This document shows positions 57,582 through 64,000 of a DNA stretch of 64,000 nucleotides, piece by piece. Position numbers and translations under genes: made by a program. The stretch spans positions 1,005 to 65,004 of the forward strand of contig JAZGEW010000055.1 in assembly GCA_036478875.1 (NCBI GenBank), in the 5' to 3' direction. Origin of the DNA: Promethearchaeia archaeon (GTDB lineage: Archaea > Asgardarchaeota > Lokiarchaeia > Sigyniarchaeales > SOKP01). Every line of letters starts with the position of its first letter. The stretch's first letter is position 1. The notes below the pieces were generated by a model. That model saw only the letters and a list, made by a program, of their open reading frames with translations. It searched no databases and had not been told where the DNA came from.

Positions 57582-59186
57582 TTACGATTTTTTAATTTTT
57601 TTTTTAAGATATTTATCGACTAAAGCGCTACATGTATCTCCACTATTTAAAACAGTAGAAACACCCCCTGCTGGCATTGTCCATGCTCCAGTTAGGAAAA
57701 GATTAGGTATTGGGGTCTTTTGAGATATTTGATTTAACATCATCTGATCTGGTGTCATTTCCCAACCAATAAAGGACCCATTTCTGTTGGATGTATATCT
57801 ATTTAACGTGATTGGGGTAGCAATTTCTAGAACTTCAATATATTTATCAAGATCGGGGATGTTTAACATGCCTTCAAGCTTTTTAATAAAATTTTCTCCT
57901 ATTTTGGATTTTAATTTTTTATAATTTTCACCCCTTTCTCCTCCATCTTTTTCAATCTCTTTTAAAAAAGAATAAGGAAGAGCATAATAGATTGATGATA
58001 AAACGGTTTTTCCTTTAGGACAACATGTTGAATCGATATTACTATATAAGGTTATTGCTGTAGAGGGGAATTTAGAAAAATCAAGCGTTTTAGCAATTTC
58101 TCGTAATTCATCAGTTGTTTGATCTTCAATAGTGTTTGAAATCCATAATTCGTAATCCTTGAATCCTCTTTCATTTAAATCTAAATTCAACCCGATGTAT
58201 ATACATACAGCAGAAAATCCAGGTATTCTATTAACAATTTTTTCGTAATATTTTTGTGGAAAAGCATTTTTTGGGCAAATTTCTGTTACTAAATTAGTAA
58301 CATCACAATTTGCTATTATTGTTTTAGAACTATAAGAATTAGTCTTTCCACCTTTGTCAATACAAGTAATTCCGGAACACAAATTTCCTGAAAAATTAAT
58401 CCTTATAACTTCATTAGATAATAATAATGTCCCACCATTTTTTATGTAAATATCTGCTAAAGCTTGTGAAAAGAAGCCAGATCCTCCTTTAGGATAGTAA
58501 GCTCCTTCTAAATAATATGAAAAAATCCCCGCGATAAAAATTGATGCGCTCATTTCATCAGGAGCTAAACCAAAAAATCCTCCTAACATGGTGATTAAAT
58601 TTTTGCATATGGGGTCTTTGATACAAGGATCTAAAATTTCAGAGACAGTTTTATTCAAAATTTTCATGAAACGGATAAATGAGAAGAAATACCTAAACCA
58701 TGTAAAAACCTTTCCAAAAAAACCTTTATTTAACCAGGAAATCATAAAATTATAGACTTTATGATATTTCTTGTAGAATTTTCTAATATTTCTAGTCTCA
58801 TGAGGGAATAATTTAATTAACTGCTCAATAAAATCCTCAATATCGGGGGCTACAATGAGATCCATATCTTTTTGTGGACATTTCCAATGAAATAATTCTT
58901 TTAATTTTATGAATTCCACACAATTTTCAGCTTCAAATTTCTTTAAAATATTATATATCATACCTCCTTTTTCACAACCATTTAACATATGGAGAGAGCA
59001 ATCAAAAATGTAGTCTTTTCTTTTAAAATTTGTACAATACCCTCCTGGTTTAAAATGTTTTTCAATAATTAAAACACTATATCCACTTTTTATTAAAATA
59101 TTACCTGCGCCTAATCCTCCCATTCCAGCTCCAATAATTATAATATCATAATCATATGAGTTTATATTTTCTTCCACATATTTCAA
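57582..59186 (-). CDS. NAD(P)/FAD-dependent oxidoreductase, phytoene desaturase (CrtI)-like family
   Basis: YDIIIIGAGMGGLGAGNILIKSGYSVLIIEKHFKPGGYC is the dinucleotide-binding start. The C-terminus LFLTGAWTMPAGGV is typical of the amine oxidase/CrtI family. Confidence 0.7.
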   Translation of the reverse strand: MKYVEENINSYDYDIIIIGAGMGGLGAGNILIKSGYSVLIIEKHFKPGGYCTNFKRKDYIFDCSLHMLNGCEKGGMIYNILKKFEAENCVEFIKLKELFHWKCPQKDMDLIVAPDIEDFIEQLIKLFPHETRNIRKFYKKYHKVYNFMISWLNKGFFGKVFTWFRYFFSFIRFMKILNKTVSEILDPCIKDPICKNLITMLGGFFGLAPDEMSASIFIAGIFSYYLEGAYYPKGGSGFFSQALADIYIKNGGTLLLSNEVIRINFSGNLCSGITCIDKGGKTNSYSSKTIIANCDVTNLVTEICPKNAFPQKYYEKIVNRIPGFSAVCIYIGLNLDLNERGFKDYELWISNTIEDQTTDELREIAKTLDFSKFPSTAITLYSNIDSTCCPKGKTVLSSIYYALPYSFLKEIEKDGGERGENYKKLKSKIGENFIKKLEGMLNIPDLDKYIEVLEIATPITLNRYTSNRNGSFIGWEMTPDQMMLNQISQKTPIPNLFLTGAWTMPAGGVSTVLNSGDTCSALVDKYLKKKIKKS

Positions 59187-59463
59187 GTTGCGTCAACCTA
59201 GTTTTATTTTAATGTTAATTGACTATAATATCCCTTTAAGTCACTTTTTACAAAGATCAATTAAGAAAATTTGATTCTTCAAGCATACTATAAAAAGAAT
59301 TAAAAATTTAATAGTTTAACATTTGAAGGTTTACCTAAATTTATTATAAATCGTTCTTATTGATATTTTCATTTTGATAAAATATATAAAATCAGATTAA
59401 GATTAAATTGTTAAAAATAATTTCATAAAATTTTAAAAAAAACATAATTTTGGAGAGATTTTT

Positions 59464-59808
59464 TTGTCTGAATTTGAACAAAAAGTATTGAAACTACTTG
59501 AAAATATTAATGGTAAATTAGATAAATTATTAAAAACTGAACCTACTCCTGTAATTTCTGCTCCAACGACTTCAGTTACACCTTCTCCGGCAGTTACTTC
59601 AGTTAAACCTTCAGCAATTCTTAATAAACAAGAGGAAGAAGCACGAATGGAAGAAAAACCTCCTGTTGAAGGTAGAAGAGTCTGTCCTGAGTGTGGGGGG
59701 ACTTCTTTTGCCACACATGAAGACAAGAATCAAGTATTACACCAAATGGGCGGTGTAAAGATATACGCGAAACGATATGTATGTAAAAAGTGTGGTTGGG
59801 AAGCGTAA
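59464..59808 (+). CDS. Hypothetical protein with C-terminal zinc ribbon
   Basis: TTG start and an N-terminal helix. A P/T/S-rich linker is followed by CPECGG...CKKCGW. The overlapping antisense ORF (59433-59726) is low-complexity and was rejected. Confidence 0.45.
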   Translation: MSEFEQKVLKLLENINGKLDKLLKTEPTPVISAPTTSVTPSPAVTSVKPSAILNKQEEEARMEEKPPVEGRRVCPECGGTSFATHEDKNQVLHQMGGVKIYAKRYVCKKCGWEA

Positions 59809-60007
59809 TAGACATTTTGGAAAGGTTCTTAAACAAGGAGCTTTAGATCTTCAACATCTTTTTTTTTAACTTTTTTTTATATTTTCTTAAAAATAGGACA
59901 TTTTTATTTGAACCCAATTTATAATTCTTCTGAGTTAGATTTTTAATTTCACTTTGCTTTAAGTTCTTAATTAGAAACGTAATAAGGTACTTGTGGTGTA
60001 AAATTAA

Positions 60008-61090
60008 ATTCCCCAAAGAAGAATTAAAAAATATATCCAATATATTAGAAACTTCATTTTAAACAATTTTACAGCTCAAAAGATTCCATATTCCGCACAG
60101 ATAGAATTAACTTTACGTTGTAATGGTAAGTGTTCATTCTGCTCAATTCATTCTTTGCCCGAATCTATTTTAGGTACGGATATGACTACAGAACAAATAA
60201 AATATCTTATTGACGAGATTGCGAACTTAGGAGTACTTGCTCTTTCTTTTACAGGGGGAGAACCAACTTTAAGAAAAGATCTTCCAGAATTAATATATTA
60301 TACTGGAATAGAACATGGTTTTGTGAATGCAATGGCAACTAATGGATACTTATTACCAAAATTATTTAAAGAACATAAAATTGAAGGATTAGACTTTATA
60401 CTAATCTCACTAGATTACCCCACTGCGGAACTTCATGATAAAATGCGAGGACTTAAGACATTTGATAGAATTATTGAATCCATTTACTTAGCAAATAAAC
60501 GCGATATCAAAGTCATTATCAGTACGGTAGTTATGAAAGATAATATTCATCTTATGGATGATATATGCCAATTAGCTGAAAAACTAGGTTGTTCACTTGA
60601 AATATACCCCTGTGAAGATATCATCAGAGATTATCCTAATAAAAGTTATTATATCCAAGAAATTCAAGATATGATACCTGATATATCTATTTGGGCGAAT
60701 CAAATTCGAATTTTAAAAAAAAAATATCGTAATATTTTAACAGACTCAGTCAGCATTGAAGTAGTTGAGAAAGGTTTTGGAGGGTATCCGCTATATAGTC
60801 AAAAAACATTGCGTTGTCATGTAGCTGAAGCTTATTTATTCATAAGTCATGATGGGTTTATTAGTTATCCTTGTAAACTTCACCCTATAAAAAGATTTAA
60901 TGCTCTAAAATATCCTATATCAGCAATTTATAATTCTCATGAAGTAAAAGAAATAATGAAAATGCATGATAATTATCGTTTCTGTGATAATTGTCGCTTA
61001 GGATGTGCTATAGCATCGTCAATACCGACTCGTTGGAAAACTCTTTATGCTAAATATATTAAAGGATTTATAGATGGGGGCTTAAGATAA
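60008..61090 (+). CDS. Radical SAM protein with SPASM/twitch-like C-terminal domain; 5-prime end lacks a canonical start
   Basis: The CxxxCxxC cluster motif (LTLRCNGKCSFCS, about 60110-60150) lies upstream of the track start (TTG 60155) in the same frame. That frame is open back to a TAA at 60005-60007 with no ATG, GTG or TTG. GGEPTL is present. The C-terminus is CHVAEAYLFISHDGFISYPC...FCDNCRLGC. Confidence 0.75.
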   Translation: MPQRRIKKYIQYIRNFILNNFTAQKIPYSAQIELTLRCNGKCSFCSIHSLPESILGTDMTTEQIKYLIDEIANLGVLALSFTGGEPTLRKDLPELIYYTGIEHGFVNAMATNGYLLPKLFKEHKIEGLDFILISLDYPTAELHDKMRGLKTFDRIIESIYLANKRDIKVIISTVVMKDNIHLMDDICQLAEKLGCSLEIYPCEDIIRDYPNKSYYIQEIQDMIPDISIWANQIRILKKKYRNILTDSVSIEVVEKGFGGYPLYSQKTLRCHVAEAYLFISHDGFISYPCKLHPIKRFNALKYPISAIYNSHEVKEIMKMHDNYRFCDNCRLGCAIASSIPTRWKTLYAKYIKGFIDGGLR

Positions 61091-61206
61091 AAAAGAGAAA
61101 TTATTCCATTTTATTTTTTCATCACTATATTAGCCTTGATTTAAAAGAAAAATCAATTCATAAAATTTAATTTCAAACACATTTTTCCTAATATAGTGAT
61201 AGGATA

Positions 61207-61845
61207 ATGTCAAATGTAGTCATTATTATTCAAATTCTGTTCGTAACTATTGGTATGATCATATTAGGGATGATTCTTAATTATTTTTTAGGATTAAGAA
61301 AAGAAGCTCAAAGAGAAATGAGGAAAAAGGCATTGAATCTACAAGAACGTATGAGAAATGCTCAACTTTTAGGTGATTATCAATTAATGGCACAAACACA
61401 ACAAGAATCAATTCAGTTTATGAAACAGATGATGAAAAAACAATTTATTCCCATATGTATTAGATGTGTATTTTTTCTTGGTATTTTTGCAGTTCTTGGA
61501 ATTATTTATTCAGATTATGACTCTGGAATATTACCCTTTCCACTTCTCATTTTTGGCAGTGGTTGGGTTGCTATTTACATTATCTTCTCAATTAGCATTT
61601 CTTTAATAATATACGGGGTAAAGAGATTATATAAGAAAATTACAGGGAAAGGAACAAAATCACAGAGTTATTTAAAAGAACTCATGGGAATAATTTCACC
61701 CACTCAACAAAATACAGAATCTCCGTTTCAAATTTCCTCCAGCCCACAATATCAAATGATTGATTCTGGTGATGTCACTGTTGAGCAAAGGAATGAGGAC
61801 TTATCACCTAGAAAAGATTCCTGGAAAGAACGTATAGAAGAATAG
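61207..61845 (+). CDS. DUF106 / EMC3-Oxa1 superfamily membrane protein (archaeal YidC-like), tentative
   Basis: A TM segment is followed by a basic coiled segment (REMRKKALNLQERMRNAQLLGDYQLMAQTQQESIQFMKQMMKKQF) and two more TM segments. This layout is typical of DUF106. Confidence 0.5.
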   Translation: MSNVVIIIQILFVTIGMIILGMILNYFLGLRKEAQREMRKKALNLQERMRNAQLLGDYQLMAQTQQESIQFMKQMMKKQFIPICIRCVFFLGIFAVLGIIYSDYDSGILPFPLLIFGSGWVAIYIIFSISISLIIYGVKRLYKKITGKGTKSQSYLKELMGIISPTQQNTESPFQISSSPQYQMIDSGDVTVEQRNEDLSPRKDSWKERIEE

Positions 61846-61893
61846 AATAATTCAATTATTTAATTTGTTAATTGTTTTTATCTTAAAATAACA

Positions 61894-62187
61894 ATGAAGC
61901 GAAATTTATTATTAAACCTAAGTTTTATAGCTATATTTATAATTTCTATAATTTTATCTTTTATATTTGATTTCTTTTTTTTTATCCCCTTTATTTGTTT
62001 TTTACCCTTTTCATTTAGAACAAGTTATCGAAACAAATTTAATTTTGAAAAAAGTGTTACTGATAATTCATCTGACCAGAATTTTAAACATTTAGAAAAA
62101 CAACATTGTCCTAAATGTGGAGGAGAAATAACGAAATCAATTGCGAAATTTTGCTATCATTGTGGAGAAAAATTAAATAATATATAA
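61894..62187 (+). CDS. Small membrane protein with C-terminal zinc ribbon
   Basis: Hydrophobic N-terminus, then CPKCGG...CYHCG. Confidence 0.45.
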   Translation: MKRNLLLNLSFIAIFIISIILSFIFDFFFFIPFICFLPFSFRTSYRNKFNFEKSVTDNSSDQNFKHLEKQHCPKCGGEITKSIAKFCYHCGEKLNNI

Positions 62188-62200
62188 TATGAAGTAAGTT

Positions 62201-62695
62201 ATGGTTGAAGAGAATGATATAAAAAGACAAATGACCCTCTATTTTGTCTTTGCTGCTGCTATGATTGGACTCAATTATTTAATACAAAAATTAAATCAAT
62301 TAGTAATTGCTCCCATCATTTGTCAAAATTATGGTACAATCGAATTTTTCCATGTATTTTATTGCTCAATTGAACCATTTAATATGCCAGAACTTATTGG
62401 CTCTATCTTCGCAGTGGGAATTACTTATATCATAAAATTCTTTTTAGATAAATTTATAGTCTTTCAGAAATCTAGAACTGAATTAAAAGAAACTTCAATA
62501 GAATTTATGAAATATTTTGGGTTTGCCATACTTACAACCATAGAAAATATTGGAATTCAATTTTTATTAACAAATTTTCTCAGTACACAACTCGAAATAA
62601 GTTTTATTATCGCATTATCTATTGGATATATAACAAAATTTTTCTTGGATAGGCGATATGTATTTAAAATTGAAGAAGAAAAAATTGAAAAATAA
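62201..62695 (+). CDS. GtrA-like membrane protein
   Basis: Four hydrophobic segments. IKFFLDKFIVFQKS and ITKFFLDRRYVFK are GtrA family signatures. Confidence 0.7.
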   Translation: MVEENDIKRQMTLYFVFAAAMIGLNYLIQKLNQLVIAPIICQNYGTIEFFHVFYCSIEPFNMPELIGSIFAVGITYIIKFFLDKFIVFQKSRTELKETSIEFMKYFGFAILTTIENIGIQFLLTNFLSTQLEISFIIALSIGYITKFFLDRRYVFKIEEEKIEK

Positions 62696-62730
62696 AAAAA
62701 TTTAATAGATCAAATGGTGATTTTAAACAT

Positions 62731-63822
62731 ATGTCAGAGAAAGATCGTGAGGAAGATAACGATCAATCTATCGTAGATGCCCTCTCAACTCTCGGCTGGG
62801 TCGAAGAAACTGAAGAAGAAAAACCTTTAGAACCTGAAGATAATTTCGAAGAGCAACTTAAATTCTTTATGGAAGAGAATAAAAGATTAATAGGAGAGAT
62901 GCATAAAAAAAATGAAAAAATTCAAAACTTAGAAGAACAAGCCCAGAAATTTTCTCAAAAAGTAGAAGATAAAGAAGTTCAGAACCAAGCAGTGCAAAAA
63001 TTATATGAAACCATTGAGAATAAAAATGATGAGATTGAAAATTTAAATTCCCGTCTAAATGAGGAAACTACAAGATTAAACAAAATAATACATGATCAAG
63101 TTGAGAAGATCAAAAGTATAACAACCCAAATTGAAAGTATCCAATCTGATCAAACTGAAAATCAAGAATTGGTTTCTAAACTAAATGGAAAAGAGGTAAT
63201 TATTAAAGAATTAAAAGAACAATTAAAATACCTCGAGAAGGATTCAATCCAAAAATCTAAGTTCGATAAAGTTGAAGTTCTTTTAGAAAAAAAAGACGAA
63301 ATTATTACCGAAAAAGAGAAAATCATTTTTAACATTGATAATGATTTAAAATCTGCTAATCAAAAAATTCATGATCTTCAGCAACAGTTTGAAACATTCA
63401 ATTTAGTAAAAAAAGATCTAGAAAAAAAAATTGAGCGAAATAAAGCTTTAGTTGTAGAAATTGAAGAATTAAAGCAAAAAAATATCACCAACAAAGAATT
63501 TATAGAACACCTCGAAGAAAAATTAGAAGAAGCACACAAAAAATCGGGGAACCTTACTGGTAAATTCGAATTAGAATTCGCGAATTTGCGAAGCATGCTT
63601 GATGGTAGAGGAGAGGAGATTAAGAGTTTAAATGAAAAGTTGAAAGAATTACAGAGTTTAAAAGATGAATTAGAACAAACAGGAGAGAAGATTTTAAGTG
63701 ATATGCAAAACATCAAAGATGAGAAACTAAAATCTGAATTAGATCTCGAAGAAAGAAATAAAGAAATAATCGAATTGAAGAAGAGAATCAAATTAATGCG
63801 TAGAGATATGCAGAAATCATAA
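62731..63822 (+). CDS. Long coiled-coil protein
   Basis: 363 aa, E/K/L/N-rich with heptad-like periodicity throughout and an acidic N-terminus. No enzymatic motif. Confidence 0.5.
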   Translation: MSEKDREEDNDQSIVDALSTLGWVEETEEEKPLEPEDNFEEQLKFFMEENKRLIGEMHKKNEKIQNLEEQAQKFSQKVEDKEVQNQAVQKLYETIENKNDEIENLNSRLNEETTRLNKIIHDQVEKIKSITTQIESIQSDQTENQELVSKLNGKEVIIKELKEQLKYLEKDSIQKSKFDKVEVLLEKKDEIITEKEKIIFNIDNDLKSANQKIHDLQQQFETFNLVKKDLEKKIERNKALVVEIEELKQKNITNKEFIEHLEEKLEEAHKKSGNLTGKFELEFANLRSMLDGRGEEIKSLNEKLKELQSLKDELEQTGEKILSDMQNIKDEKLKSELDLEERNKEIIELKKRIKLMRRDMQKS

Positions 63823-64000
63823 AAATATCGTTCATTACTAATTTTTTATTTGTAATTATTAAAAGAGTATGATCCTAAAAAGTTAGTATTTACTTTTATT
63901 TTTTATGTATTTCACGACATTATTTGTGATTTCTCCCGCTTTATCTTCATATCTCGTAAATGTCCTCATAAATTGAACTGATTATTATCTTAGTTCATCT

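Noticed and set aside
59433-59726. 97-aa minus-strand ORF overlapping the zinc-ribbon ORF 59464-59808
   Set aside because: The product is S/G/T-rich and low in complexity. The plus-strand frame ends in a well-formed CPECGG...CKKCGW zinc ribbon, so I kept the plus strand.
1-64000. Search for tRNA, rRNA, CRISPR, transposase or integrase genes
   Set aside because: In this AT-rich sequence, GC-rich structured stretches stand out. The only one seen is the short hairpin at 50565-50599. I found no cloverleaf-sized GC islands, no spacer-repeat arrays, and no DDE or tyrosine recombinase-like ORFs. This was by eye only; tRNAscan or Infernal should confirm it.

Overview
This is a visibly AT-rich archaeal chromosomal segment with dense coding on both strands. 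All calls rest on hand reading of the ORF track and my own translations; no searches were run.

Backbone genes:
- Information processing: spt4, a DUF359-type dephospho-CoA kinase, rps24e, rps27ae, kae1, bud32, rps28e, rpl7ae, rpoN, rpl24e, rps6e, proS and tfb.
- Metabolism: Fae-Hps, a GH57 branching enzyme, PdaD, LarA with a FAD/Fe-S lactate-dehydrogenase-like enzyme, a G3PDH-NOX-DUF1667 operon, two radical SAM enzymes, two nitroreductase paralogs, and crotonase, MBL and PLP enzymes.
- Many membrane or surface proteins, several with PGF-CTERM-like tails.

Two gelsolin-like domain proteins plus this gene set suggest an Asgard (Loki-type) archaeon. That assignment is inference only. I recognised no rRNA, tRNA, CRISPR array, transposase or integrase.

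Most notable observations:
1. A 4.8-kb island (18622-23482) is bracketed by perfect 50-bp direct repeats. It carries six ORFs, three of them unassignable, and no recombinase.
2. A two-gene insertion (YaaC-like plus an orphan) splits the conserved S27ae | Kae1-Bud32 block.
3. A 67-nt duplication of the rpoN promoter and start codon flanks a membrane-protein gene.
4. A surface protein is built from 162-bp tandem repeats with signs of recent homogenisation.
5. Two genes carry in-frame TAA codons. Three conserved genes (rpl7ae, larA, a SPASM radical SAM) lack a canonical start, and each is rescued by a 1-nt change in a short homopolymer. Assembly indels or pseudogenisation are the likeliest explanations.

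I cannot demonstrate a clearly novel enzymatic system (defence, CRISPR-like or similar). The repeat-bracketed island and the YaaC-like pair are the best candidates.
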